Shown here: positions 40,051 through 51,018 of the stretch, one piece after another
Position numbering within the stretch: position 1 is the first letter of the stretch
How the letters are laid out: each line of letters begins with the position of its first letter
IMG/VR virus record: IMGVR_UViG_3300034351_000048
Coordinates: 1 to 64,000 of that record
Direction: 5' to 3' (one strand)
DNA from: a virus
Length of the DNA: 64,000 nt
Notes under the pieces: model-generated
Seen by the model: only the letters and a program-made list of their open reading frames with translations
Databases searched by the model: none
Told to the model about the DNA's origin: nothing
Position numbers and translations under genes: made by a program

Positions 40051-41406
40051 ATGGCAAGAGTTACTTATGATTTAAAAATATACGATGGAACATTAACACC
40101 TAAGTTAAATATACCTGGAGTAACAAAAGTTACTGTTAAACGTAAGCTTGAAGAACCAAGTGAAATAGAGATAATATTACCTACTTATGAGAATTTACCA
40201 AGAAAGTCAATAAAATTTGGAGATAAAATAGTTTGGAAACGTGGTTATGATGATGAAAATGAAACGGTGTTTATAGGTTATGTTACAGAAATGACTGAAG
40301 AACAGCCTTATACGATAAGAGGGAAAGATATTCTATATTTTATTTTCAGAAATACAAATACAGTACCCCCTGTATTTAGAAGAACTGATTCTCTTTTATA
40401 TATTAATGAATTTTTTTCAGAATTATTAAAAGATCCTTCTCATAAAACAAGAATAAAAGTTGATTGGACATTAAAAAATAATTTTTTTCCAATGACACGG
40501 TTATTTTATACGTATGGAACTCCTAGTTATAAATTTTATTTTGATAGACTAAAATTAATAACAATACCGAGAATAAATTACTATATGGATTTTAATGATG
40601 AGGAAGAAGAGGTATTAACTTTTTTTGAAGATTTAAATTTAGTAGCAATACCTCGGGTTACTATTTCTGATAATAATATCATTTCAAAATCTTTAAAATT
40701 AAAAAAACAAGTTCAAAAAAATATAAGGGTTTTTGTATATCAAGTATCGCCTTACACTGATTATAATGATGAAGGAAGAAAAAAATATGATTACAATGTG
40801 ACTATGTATCCTCCAAGAGGATTTAATTACACATTGAAACAAAAAACTGACTTCCCTTCAATATATGAGATCGTAGAAACTGCTTCTAACGTGGTTGTTA
40901 ATACTACTGTTGATTTGGCAAAATCCCCATTAGATTTGACTCTTGTTGCAACAGATCTTGATCGGGATGCGTCAATGCGATTATATGCAGTAAAAAAAGA
41001 AAATGAAAAAGAAATTGTCACAACTGGATTATTAAATCCCGATACATTAGAAGTAGAAATAGTAGAGTTTTATTTGAAAGTTAGTGATGTTAAAAGATTA
41101 AGAGATAATGCCATAGAAAAAGAAAGAGACCCGTTAACAGGAGAGGAAAGGGGCAGGTTTAATCCCAAGGATTATGCTATAGAACAATGGAAAAAACTTA
41201 CATTGTTCAATGGGTTAGTAGGTGGAGAATTCACAATATTTGGTAAACCACTTGTAAAGCCTGGAGACAAAATTGATTTAATATTAACTAATTTAGAAGA
41301 ATATCATTTTGGTCAATATGTCTCTGAAGTTGAGGATATAACCTATCAAGGTATAAAACAAAAAATAACTTTGAGAGAAAGGGATATAAATGAGTCAGCT
41401 AGTTAA
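40051..41406 (+). CDS. baseplate hub (gpD/XkdQ-like)
   Basis: GDKIVWKRGY...VFIGYV, GEFTIFGKPLVKPGDKI. Confidence 0.7.
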   Translation: MARVTYDLKIYDGTLTPKLNIPGVTKVTVKRKLEEPSEIEIILPTYENLPRKSIKFGDKIVWKRGYDDENETVFIGYVTEMTEEQPYTIRGKDILYFIFRNTNTVPPVFRRTDSLLYINEFFSELLKDPSHKTRIKVDWTLKNNFFPMTRLFYTYGTPSYKFYFDRLKLITIPRINYYMDFNDEEEEVLTFFEDLNLVAIPRVTISDNNIISKSLKLKKQVQKNIRVFVYQVSPYTDYNDEGRKKYDYNVTMYPPRGFNYTLKQKTDFPSIYEIVETASNVVVNTTVDLAKSPLDLTLVATDLDRDASMRLYAVKKENEKEIVTTGLLNPDTLEVEIVEFYLKVSDVKRLRDNAIEKERDPLTGEERGRFNPKDYAIEQWKKLTLFNGLVGGEFTIFGKPLVKPGDKIDLILTNLEEYHFGQYVSEVEDITYQGIKQKITLRERDINESAS

Positions 41407-42106
41407 TTCTATACAAAAAGCTATATATAAAACAATGGATAAACAATGTAAAATAATTGTAGGTACTATAACTGAAATCGACGAGGAAAATTATTCATGT
41501 ACTATTGAATCAGGGGAAAAAACATATCAAGGAGTTGAATTAGATACTATCCATTTAGAAGAAGAGAATAAGTTGTTTAGGAGTATTATAATAATACCTG
41601 AAATAAGCTCTTATTGTGTAGCTATATCATACAGAGACGATCAAATAAGTTTAATATCGGCTAAATTGATAGATAGGATTTTAATTGGTAATAAAGAAAA
41701 TGATTTTGTTTTCACTATAGATATAATAAACAATACTTTTGATTTACAAAGTGGGGAAGATATAAACATTAATATAACAGATAGTACTATAAATATTACA
41801 AATAAAAATTCAAGTGCGGTTTTAGAAAACGATAAAATAACTGTTAATTCTACAGCATTAGAACTAAATGGAAACGGTGAATCCGCACCTTTAGGGGATA
41901 CTATATCAAGTGCCTTAGCTTCTACTTTAGGATATATAAGTGACACTTTAGGATTTATTACATCACATACACATGTTGATCCTATAAGTGGATTATTGCC
42001 TATAAACCCTGCGGATATACCATTTATAACCGCAAAACAAGGAGAAGTTTCGGCGTTACAAGGACAAGAAAGCACGTGGAAAAGCACAAAAACGAAATTG
42101 GAGTAA
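41390..42106 (+). CDS. baseplate central spike
   Basis: OB-fold-like N-terminus, beta-rich middle, SHTHV metal-tip motif. Confidence 0.65.
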   Translation: MSQLVNSIQKAIYKTMDKQCKIIVGTITEIDEENYSCTIESGEKTYQGVELDTIHLEEENKLFRSIIIIPEISSYCVAISYRDDQISLISAKLIDRILIGNKENDFVFTIDIINNTFDLQSGEDININITDSTINITNKNSSAVLENDKITVNSTALELNGNGESAPLGDTISSALASTLGYISDTLGFITSHTHVDPISGLLPINPADIPFITAKQGEVSALQGQESTWKSTKTKLE

Positions 42107-42112
42107 TTTAAA

Positions 42113-42727
42113 ATGGCTACAAATTTACCATTAACGTTAAACGATCCTACATATTTATCACAACTTGGTGTTGCTTCTTATGACAATACAAGAATTTATG
42201 TTCCAACGGGTTATACTGATGAGTATATTAATCAAGAATTTTGGGAAAATAGAGTTGTAATTAATGGTAATATAATAAATTTTCCAATTTCTATTACAAA
42301 TATGACTGCTAAAAACAGAATATTTGAATACCCTGTAGAATCTGGATTAGGAAACGGGTTAGAATTTTCAGGTAGGGATCCTTATTCTTTTACTATAAAT
42401 ATTAAAATTCTTGATGATACTACGTATACATACGAAAGTTCTTTAAATCTGATATTAAATCTATTAAATACATCTGTTAATGAACAATTAACCATAGTGC
42501 ATCCTTTATTACTACAACATGGAATAAATCAATTTTATGTGTTAGGTTGGTCTAAAACAGATATAGATAGAACAAGTGAGATTAATATTAGTTGTAAAGA
42601 ATACAGAGATAATTTTGTAGAATTTTTAGGTTCGTTTATTTATGAAAATGATGAACAAGATATTAATAATAATTTAAATCCAACATTAATTGATGAGTTT
42701 ACAAATTATTTAGAATCTTTATCTTAA
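42113..42727 (+). CDS. baseplate/tube-initiator-like protein
   Basis: Synteny; IVHPLLLQHGI motif. Confidence 0.5.
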   Translation: MATNLPLTLNDPTYLSQLGVASYDNTRIYVPTGYTDEYINQEFWENRVVINGNIINFPISITNMTAKNRIFEYPVESGLGNGLEFSGRDPYSFTINIKILDDTTYTYESSLNLILNLLNTSVNEQLTIVHPLLLQHGINQFYVLGWSKTDIDRTSEINISCKEYRDNFVEFLGSFIYENDEQDINNNLNPTLIDEFTNYLESLS

Positions 42728-42736
42728 GGAGGAAAA

Positions 42737-43096
42737 ATGCTTGATTGGGATTTAGTTAAAGAAACGAGTGAAGAAACGGGAGTAATAGCAGGCGATATTA
42801 TTATAAATTCCAAAGGTGATATAAAAACTATAGGTGATTATACATCAGAATCTTATACAAATCTATTAACTGGAAATAATATTCTTAATGGGTTAATATG
42901 GGAAAGAACGGCTATTTTTAATTTATATAGAACTGATATAAGTGCGGCTATGACTTATATAGAAAGTTTATATGAAACAAATAATAAAATACAAAGTATA
43001 ATTGTTAGTTTAGATACGGATACAAATACTTTAATTATTACTTATACTACAAACAACGAATCAAATTTATTGGAGGTGCAGTTAAGTGGCATTTAG
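42737..43096 (+). CDS. baseplate wedge/sheath initiator (gp25-like)
   Basis: Synteny and size; GDIIINSKGDI. Confidence 0.5.
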   Translation: MLDWDLVKETSEETGVIAGDIIINSKGDIKTIGDYTSESYTNLLTGNNILNGLIWERTAIFNLYRTDISAAMTYIESLYETNNKIQSIIVSLDTDTNTLIITYTTNNESNLLEVQLSGI

Positions 43097-44201
43097 TAGA
43101 CCTACAATTGACGATATAAAAGCCGATTATATAGCGGCTGCGGTTTCTAATTTTCCAGAAGCAAGTGCTATACTTGATTGGAGTAATTTTTCTATTATAA
43201 GGGGGCATTCTCTTGCCTTTGTAGTAATGACAGATAAATTATATGAAAATTTAGAACAAGCAAGAAATGATATTTGGTATGATACAGCATCCGAGGATGC
43301 ATTAGAGCAACATTTGGAAGATAAAGGTTTAACAAGAGGTGTTGCAACAAAAGCAAGTGGAACCGTAAGAATAGGTAGTACAACTTTACCTACAAGTACC
43401 ATAACAATACCTGGACTTTTTCAGGTTTCTACAAGCGATGAAACGCCAATAGTCTTTGAAACTGATGAACAAGTAACAATAAGCCCGGCTACTCCTGTTG
43501 ATGGATTAGGATATTATACCGTTGAAGTCGATGTAACAGCTTTTCAAGCAGGCAGTGATGGGAATACAGTTCAGGGTGCTATAAATACAGTAGTTACAAG
43601 TTTAGCGGGTGTAAATATAGTGTATTCAACAACCGTAACAGGTGGTGGAACTGATGAAGAAAGTATCGCTTCCATGAGAGAAAGACTTAAAAACGTTATA
43701 ACTCCTGCACCACACACTAAAAGTTGGTATATAACTGAAGCAAGCAATTTTGCTTTTATAAAAGATGCTTATGTAGAATGTTCTTCAGAAGGCAATGGTC
43801 ATGTAAATATATTCTTAGCGGGGGTAGCTTCCTTATCTCCTGCTCAAATACAAGAAGTTGAAGATTATTTTAACGATCCTGAACAAAGCGAATGTGTTGC
43901 TAATGTAGTTACTGCAAGTGAAGTTATGGATGTTCCAATTAATATTACTATAAATGTTTATAGAACGGATACAAGTGTGGATGTAACCACTATACAAAAC
44001 GCAATAGATGGATTCTTTACTACTTTAGGTGTTAAAGAAGATTTTGTTTTGAGTGCATGTGCGGGTTATATAAGAGATAATGTAGATTATATTTACGATA
44101 TAACATTTACATTACCAACCGCAAATGTGGTTATAAATGCGGGGGAAGTAGCTACATTGAACACCTTAAATGTAAATCTTATTGATACTACAAATGATTA
44201 A
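43086..44201 (+). CDS. baseplate J-like wedge protein
   Basis: DTASEDALE...GLTRGVATKASG...AGSDGN...GGTDEES..SMRERL. Confidence 0.9.
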   Translation: MAFSRPTIDDIKADYIAAAVSNFPEASAILDWSNFSIIRGHSLAFVVMTDKLYENLEQARNDIWYDTASEDALEQHLEDKGLTRGVATKASGTVRIGSTTLPTSTITIPGLFQVSTSDETPIVFETDEQVTISPATPVDGLGYYTVEVDVTAFQAGSDGNTVQGAINTVVTSLAGVNIVYSTTVTGGGTDEESIASMRERLKNVITPAPHTKSWYITEASNFAFIKDAYVECSSEGNGHVNIFLAGVASLSPAQIQEVEDYFNDPEQSECVANVVTASEVMDVPINITINVYRTDTSVDVTTIQNAIDGFFTTLGVKEDFVLSACAGYIRDNVDYIYDITFTLPTANVVINAGEVATLNTLNVNLIDTTND

Positions 44202-44212
44202 GGGGAAATTAG

Positions 44213-45586
44213 ATGTATAGTTTTAATTTAGATGATATAAAAAAAGATGAAAATTTTCCTAAAAATCTTAATGTGTTAGAATATGATTATTTAAATAATA
44301 CAAACTTAAATAAACCAAATTCTATTAAATTATTAGAAACGGATTATAATTTCAGTGATCCTGCAAATGACAATATTAATGATTATGTATATAACGCTAT
44401 TTTTATTACAACTGCAACCGGAACAGACTTAGATAATTTGGGTAGAAACTTAGGTATACCAAGAATTTCAGGCGAAAGTGATAATGATTACAGATTTAGG
44501 CTATTAGGTTTAACGGGATTATTTGATGGATATGCTTATGTTCAAAAAATATTGGATTATTTCACATATTTTGGAGAAACTGTAAATTTTTGGTATAAAT
44601 ATTTTTTTGTTAAAAGAAAAAGTATGTATGATAATGCCATGTGTTTTGATATTGACGCAGGATCTAATCTTGAGGATAATTTAGCAAATGGTATACCTCT
44701 TACAGTAGCTTCTTATCTTAATTATACAATAAGATTCGATTTAGACCCTAAGGTTACAACATTAGCAGGGGGTTCTACATACTCCCCTGTTTTAGATAGT
44801 GTTATAAGTGGATTAGTTTTAAATGATTATACAGGATTAGACTTTTTAACACAAGCTGAAATTGATGCGCATATCTTAGCTATAAGTAAGTTAGCAAAGA
44901 TATGCTCAAAATTTATTGTTACACCTACACAAGTTCATATACCAGATCATAATTGGAATTTACAAGAAACAAGTGGAACTGATGTTTTTGATACAGGTTT
45001 TGTTGGTAGAAATGGAACAAATACAAACGCTACTGTAAATAATGCGGGTGTGTCTACAAATCATAAAAGTTATTATTTCGGTGGAACAGCTTATCTTAAA
45101 CATGATACAATTCCATCTTATCATAATTTCTTTTATTCAATTTGGATAAATACTACAAATACAAGTGGAAATATAATTAATATTGTTGATACAAGTGGAA
45201 ACTTAGATTGGGAACTTAAATTAAATACTAATGTATTAAGATTAGTCGTAGATAGGTTTGAAGGTTCACCATTAACTTACGATGGAACAACTACAGTGAA
45301 TGATGGAAATTGGCATCATATTGTTATAAAGAGTGATAATGATAAATTTTATTTATATATAGATACAGTTGAAGAATTCACACAAGATAAAACATTAACA
45401 AATTTATCAAAATGGGCTTATACAAGTAAGGCTGTAGAAATATATCATGGTGTAAGTTATGAAGGTGCTTCTTTAAATAATTACATCAATAATACATATA
45501 TGGAAAATATTCAATTTATTACAAACCCGTTATCATTGGCTTATGTAGATTATTATTACAATAATGGTGATGGAAGATTATTATAA
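44213..45586 (+). CDS. baseplate wedge protein with C-terminal LamG/ConA-like domain
   Basis: TATGTDLDNLG...RISGESDNDYR; VNDGNWHHIVI...LYID. Confidence 0.7.
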   Translation: MYSFNLDDIKKDENFPKNLNVLEYDYLNNTNLNKPNSIKLLETDYNFSDPANDNINDYVYNAIFITTATGTDLDNLGRNLGIPRISGESDNDYRFRLLGLTGLFDGYAYVQKILDYFTYFGETVNFWYKYFFVKRKSMYDNAMCFDIDAGSNLEDNLANGIPLTVASYLNYTIRFDLDPKVTTLAGGSTYSPVLDSVISGLVLNDYTGLDFLTQAEIDAHILAISKLAKICSKFIVTPTQVHIPDHNWNLQETSGTDVFDTGFVGRNGTNTNATVNNAGVSTNHKSYYFGGTAYLKHDTIPSYHNFFYSIWINTTNTSGNIINIVDTSGNLDWELKLNTNVLRLVVDRFEGSPLTYDGTTTVNDGNWHHIVIKSDNDKFYLYIDTVEEFTQDKTLTNLSKWAYTSKAVEIYHGVSYEGASLNNYINNTYMENIQFITNPLSLAYVDYYYNNGDGRLL

Positions 45587-45600
45587 AACGGAGGATATGA

Positions 45601-48243
45601 ATGAGTACAAGTTTAGATAAATATTCAAAATATAGAGATTCTTTAGGTGTTAAATTACCTATCAAACAATTTGTGGAAGATTTTGAATTAAACAGAGACA
45701 ACTTCTTAGATATGTCTCAAAATATACGTGAAGATTTAATAAATGATGGAATTTTAAGTGGATTATTAGGTTCAGGTGCAACTACTTCTCAATTCGACTT
45801 ATCAACTGGGTATTTTCAACAAACAAATATAAGAAGTGGATTAGAAACTATTTATAATTTAGATGTATCCTTATATGTGGATGATACTTATTATGTATAT
45901 ATCAATAATGCAGAAACTACATTAAATATATCTGTTCCACAAGATCCAGTATTAACATCACACCCTTACATACAAAATCAAGGAACTGTAACTGTAAGTT
46001 CTAATGACGCTTTATCTGGAATAAAGGTATGTAGTTTTATAACCGTAAGTGGTGTAATATCGAGTGTTGATAATAATACCTTTAGAGATATAGCCACAAT
46101 AAAAACTGTAACGGATGATACAAAAGTTGAATCAGATACACCTAATTCATATACATCGGGTGTGACAATTACTCAAGGCGTTCAAGCTGATTGGGGAATA
46201 AATGCGAGTAATATTTATAGTGATGTTATAGTAATAACTTATAAAACGGATTCTGATAATATAGTAACACAAAAAGTCTCTGGATTTGATTCAAGTTCAA
46301 GTGGGGATTTAAGACCTATAGCTACAAGAACTTCTACAAGTGGTTCAGCTTGGAGTAGTTGGTATATATCAGGTATAAGCACTACAAATTGGGAATTTTT
46401 ACACACAACTCAAGCGGGTAATGCTGATTTAGTAATGGCAAAAGATGGAAGTGGTGATTTAACATTTAAAAAATTAGAAAATGATAATTTCGATTACAAT
46501 AGAAATAGAACTGTATCTGTAACTGTCGCGGCTTACAATTCAACTGCAAAAGATAAAGCAACAGCTGACTATGTGTGTGATGGAACATCTGATGAGGTAG
46601 AAATAAACGCCGCGATTGTAGAAACCGGGGCTGCCAATGGGGGTATCGTAATGTTATTGCCCGGAACATATGCATTAGATGATACAATTGATATTACTTA
46701 TGACGATGTATATCTAAAAGGAAGTGGTAAGCAATCTACAGATATAAAAACAGTTGTTAGTGATACTTTCCATTCTATAGAAATTCAAGGTGCCTCGAAT
46801 ATAGTTGTTTCGGATTTAGCTATTACAAGAGCTGATTCTACTGGTTATGGTATACGTTGTGTTAATGCCATAGGAACTAATAGAATACAAGTAAATAATT
46901 GTCATATAGAAGGTGGGGCTTATAATGTAGCTATAGATTCAAATCAATTTTGTAATATTACAAATTGTGAATTAGAAGCGGATACTTCGGCTATTTTTGT
47001 AAATGACGGCGATAATATAGAAATTTCAAGTAATAATTTCACAAATACATCCACTCCTATTTCTATTAGTGTAGTAGGATTATCACCTTCTAAACTTAAA
47101 ATTTTAAACAACTATTCTGTATCAGATCAGTTTTTGACAATGACAGGTTGCGATGATAGTGTTATTTCAGGTAATACCCAAATTGCGGGAAATGATACGG
47201 CGATAGAATTAATCTCAAGCGATAACAATCATATTATTAATAACAATATATCTACTTCTACAACTTATGGTGCTATTGAAATAACAGGAACAAGTGAGGG
47301 TAATATTATTTCTGAAAATATTATAGAGAATAGAAGTTATGGTATTTTATTTAGTAATTCTACAGCGGGAAACAAATATTACAATAAAATCCAAAACAAT
47401 GTTTTCAATGATATGAATGGAACTATAATTACGCTTACATCTGAGTGCTTTAATACTGAAATAAACTCAAACAAGTTTATAGGTTCTAATGTTGCAGCGG
47501 CTGAACATGGTATATCCGCTACAAGTGATGATAATACAGTTATACAAAACAACCAATTTACAGAATTTGCAAGTGGGTTAAGTAGTGCTTTAATAGTATG
47601 TACTGGTAGCTCTGTTTTAAAAATACATAATAATACATTGATTGATAATTCTGCAAGTAACATACGATTAACAGGGTGTAGTAATACACAAGTTACATCT
47701 AACTATATTACGAGTGGAACTAATGGTATATATATAGAAAATGGTACTTATCATCAAATAAGTAATAATCATATTTTAAGTGTAGCAAATGAAGGTATAT
47801 TATGTACTAATACAGGTGGTGCGGGTGATGACAGTATAATAACAGGAAATATTATATATAATGCTTCCTCAGATGGGATAGGATTATCTGGAAATAATAT
47901 AACTATAACAGGAAATGGTATTACTCATTGTTCAGGATATGGGGTAAGGATATATACAAGTGGTAATTATTGCACTGTAACTGGAAATACCATTACAGAT
48001 AACGGTAATGCTGGGATTTATGTGGGTGATGGGGATTATAATACAGTAACAGGTAATAGTCTTTATAATAACACAACATATGAAATTTGGGTAAGAGGTA
48101 GTGGATTAAGAAATACAATCACAGGGAATAATTGTAGAGCGGGTATCATACAAATAGACGGCGATTATAACGCGATTGTTTCAAATATAGCTACTGTCAA
48201 CAATACAGGTACAGGTAATCAATTATCTACAAATATTGTATAA
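45601..48243 (+). CDS. tail fibre/spike with right-handed beta-helix (putative depolymerase)
   Basis: ADYVCDGTSDEVEINAAI...GGIVMLLPGTY followed by about 20 ITGN/ISNN parallel beta-helix repeats. Confidence 0.8.
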   Translation: MSTSLDKYSKYRDSLGVKLPIKQFVEDFELNRDNFLDMSQNIREDLINDGILSGLLGSGATTSQFDLSTGYFQQTNIRSGLETIYNLDVSLYVDDTYYVYINNAETTLNISVPQDPVLTSHPYIQNQGTVTVSSNDALSGIKVCSFITVSGVISSVDNNTFRDIATIKTVTDDTKVESDTPNSYTSGVTITQGVQADWGINASNIYSDVIVITYKTDSDNIVTQKVSGFDSSSSGDLRPIATRTSTSGSAWSSWYISGISTTNWEFLHTTQAGNADLVMAKDGSGDLTFKKLENDNFDYNRNRTVSVTVAAYNSTAKDKATADYVCDGTSDEVEINAAIVETGAANGGIVMLLPGTYALDDTIDITYDDVYLKGSGKQSTDIKTVVSDTFHSIEIQGASNIVVSDLAITRADSTGYGIRCVNAIGTNRIQVNNCHIEGGAYNVAIDSNQFCNITNCELEADTSAIFVNDGDNIEISSNNFTNTSTPISISVVGLSPSKLKILNNYSVSDQFLTMTGCDDSVISGNTQIAGNDTAIELISSDNNHIINNNISTSTTYGAIEITGTSEGNIISENIIENRSYGILFSNSTAGNKYYNKIQNNVFNDMNGTIITLTSECFNTEINSNKFIGSNVAAAEHGISATSDDNTVIQNNQFTEFASGLSSALIVCTGSSVLKIHNNTLIDNSASNIRLTGCSNTQVTSNYITSGTNGIYIENGTYHQISNNHILSVANEGILCTNTGGAGDDSIITGNIIYNASSDGIGLSGNNITITGNGITHCSGYGVRIYTSGNYCTVTGNTITDNGNAGIYVGDGDYNTVTGNSLYNNTTYEIWVRGSGLRNTITGNNCRAGIIQIDGDYNAIVSNIATVNNTGTGNQLSTNIV

Positions 48244-48890
48244 TGAATACAAATGGAGGTAAAATAATGAAAAACTTTTTATTTAAACTATATTTGGTTT
48301 TTTCTTATATATATACATATATGATAATTCTATTTACAACAATAATATTTAATTTATATTATTTTATTAAATTTAAAAAAATGGGTGTATATAATAAGAA
48401 AAAAAATGATTTGTTATATATGATAAATCACGTTAAAAATATACAAGATATGTTTGATTTACAAAAAACTCTTATACCAAATTATTATAATGATCCCTTA
48501 TTTGGGGCATTAAATTGGTTTTCAACAACATTAATAACATATCTTAGAACTTTTTATTTAAATCTTGAAAAACATTCCAAAAATTGTTATGAATACGCAA
48601 GAATTATAAAAGATGTTATAGATAAAAGTGATTTAGGAGAAACTTATTTTAAAACAGAATTAGTAAGTTTACTTTCTTATAAACCTTTTATAAAATACAA
48701 TCATGTTATTACACTTGCGTATAGAAAAAGCTCTACAAATAAAACTGTTGTGGATGTTTTTTCACCTTACGATTTAATTGAAACTGTTTTAGAAGAAGAT
48801 TTAAAGAGTAAATTATATAAAATAATGGAAAAATATTTTGAAAAAGACAATGTAAAATATATTCCATATTATTTAAGAATATTGTTTTAG
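48243..48890 (+). CDS. membrane-anchored protein, possible cysteine-peptidase fold
   Basis: N-terminal TM; NCYEYA and NHVITL motifs; likely start at about 48267. Confidence 0.45.
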   Translation: MNTNGGKIMKNFLFKLYLVFSYIYTYMIILFTTIIFNLYYFIKFKKMGVYNKKKNDLLYMINHVKNIQDMFDLQKTLIPNYYNDPLFGALNWFSTTLITYLRTFYLNLEKHSKNCYEYARIIKDVIDKSDLGETYFKTELVSLLSYKPFIKYNHVITLAYRKSSTNKTVVDVFSPYDLIETVLEEDLKSKLYKIMEKYFEKDNVKYIPYYLRILF

Positions 48891-48893
48891 AAT

Positions 48894-49187
48894 TTGGAGG
48901 AAACAATGGATAAAGAAAATAAAAAAGTAAAAATATTTAATTTATTACTAGTACTTATAGGCATTTTATGTACAAGTTTAGCGATACTTGTTATATCCAC
49001 AGGTATATTCGGGTTAGACTTGGAAGCCAATACCTTAATAGAATTTGGGGATGAGATTAATAATAAAGACGAAAGCTTGAAACAAGATAGAACCTTTGAA
49101 AATGTAGAAGGGGATGATTATTTATATAAATTTGAGATAGATTCTAATAAGAACTCTCAATTCTTAAAAAATTACAACAAAAAATAA
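48894..49187 (+). CDS. single-TM membrane protein
   Basis: Hydrophobic N-terminal helix; likely start at 48906. Confidence 0.55.
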   Translation: MEETMDKENKKVKIFNLLLVLIGILCTSLAILVISTGIFGLDLEANTLIEFGDEINNKDESLKQDRTFENVEGDDYLYKFEIDSNKNSQFLKNYNKK

Positions 49188-49205
49188 TAAAAAGTTGGAG
49201 GAAAT

Positions 49206-50327
49206 ATGAAGAAGATAGATAAAAAATCTTTGATAACATCTATAATTTCTATTGTTTTACTTATCCTATCTTTAGTATTTAGTAATAAAGTAAAATTGAA
49301 AATGGAATTATCTGTTCTACATACAGAATCATCTATAGTTATAGAAAAAGATAATAAATTATATAAACCAATAGATGGGCTGAATGAAAAAGATGGAATA
49401 AATGACGTATTAGAAATAGAATTAGCATTAAACAATACAAAATTATATTATCCAAATGTTGTTAATAATAAAATAGAAGAAGATGATATAAAATTAATTG
49501 AAGAATTTAACGATTTTTATTTTATAGATAAAGAAGTAGATACAGAGGATATTTTAAAAGATGTAAATTTTTTGAATAGATTGTATGAATTAACCACAAA
49601 AATTATAAAAAGAAATGACACCAAATATTTGAATCAAAGGTTAAGTAGTGATCCTAAAATAGCTTATAATAGTTGTGTTCCTTATTCAGCAACAATTGGG
49701 TTGCAAACACTTGGTATTGATATAAATCCAGATGATTTAACACATTATTTCAAAGGGGAATTAAAAGAATATGCTTTACAATACCATAGCATTGTAGATT
49801 ATGCAGTTAGAAATTATGGAAACTGGATTGAAACTTATGTAAGAGATAGAAAACTATACCAAATATTTGGTGTTTTAAAATATGGCATAAATATCCACCC
49901 TAAAGTGATGAAATCAAAATATTATTTAAAATTTGGTTATAAGAATATAAACTGGATAGAAAACTATATAAACAAAAATAACACAGGGTTAGTTATAAGC
50001 ACATTTTTACCTTATTTAGTAGATAACAAATGGGAACCTGAGAATAAAACTAAATTTAAGGGGGGGCATGCTGTTTATTTAAGAGATATATTATCTTTAA
50101 ATATAAAGGAAAATGATTATACAAGTAAAGAAATTCTCGGTGTTATTTTACAAGATCCTTTCGGTAATCCTAATACTAATTATGATTTATTAGATGGACA
50201 TGGAGTATTATTAAGAATAGACAAGTTTCAAAAATGTGTAAAAACAGACTTAACCGATAATAGGAAATTCTATAGTAGTGATGATGAAATTCGGGTTTTA
50301 TATTGGGATTTAAAAACAAATTATTAA
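49206..50327 (+). CDS. peptidase C39-like protein with signal anchor (candidate endolysin)
   Basis: YLNQR...NSCVPYS...GGHAVYL...ILQDPFG catalytic Q/C/H/D spacing. Confidence 0.7.
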   Translation: MKKIDKKSLITSIISIVLLILSLVFSNKVKLKMELSVLHTESSIVIEKDNKLYKPIDGLNEKDGINDVLEIELALNNTKLYYPNVVNNKIEEDDIKLIEEFNDFYFIDKEVDTEDILKDVNFLNRLYELTTKIIKRNDTKYLNQRLSSDPKIAYNSCVPYSATIGLQTLGIDINPDDLTHYFKGELKEYALQYHSIVDYAVRNYGNWIETYVRDRKLYQIFGVLKYGINIHPKVMKSKYYLKFGYKNINWIENYINKNNTGLVISTFLPYLVDNKWEPENKTKFKGGHAVYLRDILSLNIKENDYTSKEILGVILQDPFGNPNTNYDLLDGHGVLLRIDKFQKCVKTDLTDNRKFYSSDDEIRVLYWDLKTNY

Positions 50328-50337
50328 GGAGACAGTT

Positions 50338-51018
50338 ATGAGAAAGTTTATTATATATATATTAATTATATTTGCATTCATATTTTCCTCCATTTATGGA
50401 TGTGATAAGGGGTATAACCCTGATTTAGGCATACATGTAGATAAGAAATTAAGTTTTGAGTTAAACTCTATAGATTCTCAAAATCTTAAAAATAATATCT
50501 ATAGCCTCACAAAAGATTACTACAAAAAAGGTTATACTTCTTATCTATTTTTGGATAGGTATTATAATATACCAAAATTAAATGATGATAGTGAAAAAAA
50601 TGATTTGAAAGATATCTTGTTGGAATTTGACAATAATTTTAAATATAGAGATGGAACGTTTGATTGTGATAAGTTTTCACGAATATTTCAAGCTTTCTGC
50701 ATTCTGAGTAATAATGATGATATTATTAAGAATGAAAAGATGCTTTCAATTGGTATTTTAAATTTCTATTATACCAATTTACATAATGAAAAATCAGGGC
50801 ATAGTATTAATATTCTTGCTTACTTGAATGATAAAGATGAAATAGAAATAAGATTATTAGAACCTCAATTATTATCAACAAAATTTCTTAGATCATATGT
50901 AGACACATTTGAAGAAGATCAAAAGAAAAAAGATATAATTTTCCAATATGCTATTACTACAATAGATGATTATTTTGAAGATTTTAAAGATGTATATATA
51001 GGATTAATGTTATTTTGA
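50338..51018 (+). CDS. lipoprotein with papain/transglutaminase-like (MOA agglutinin C-terminal-like) domain
   Basis: Lipobox-like IYG-C; FDCDKFS...GHSINI...LEPQ. Confidence 0.6.
   Translation: MRKFIIYILIIFAFIFSSIYGCDKGYNPDLGIHVDKKLSFELNSIDSQNLKNNIYSLTKDYYKKGYTSYLFLDRYYNIPKLNDDSEKNDLKDILLEFDNNFKYRDGTFDCDKFSRIFQAFCILSNNDDIIKNEKMLSIGILNFYYTNLHNEKSGHSINILAYLNDKDEIEIRLLEPQLLSTKFLRSYVDTFEEDQKKKDIIFQYAITTIDDYFEDFKDVYIGLMLF

Noticed and set aside
45601-48243. Diversity-generating retroelement target
   Set aside because: No reverse transcriptase and no adenine-specific TR/VR repeat pair noticed in the window
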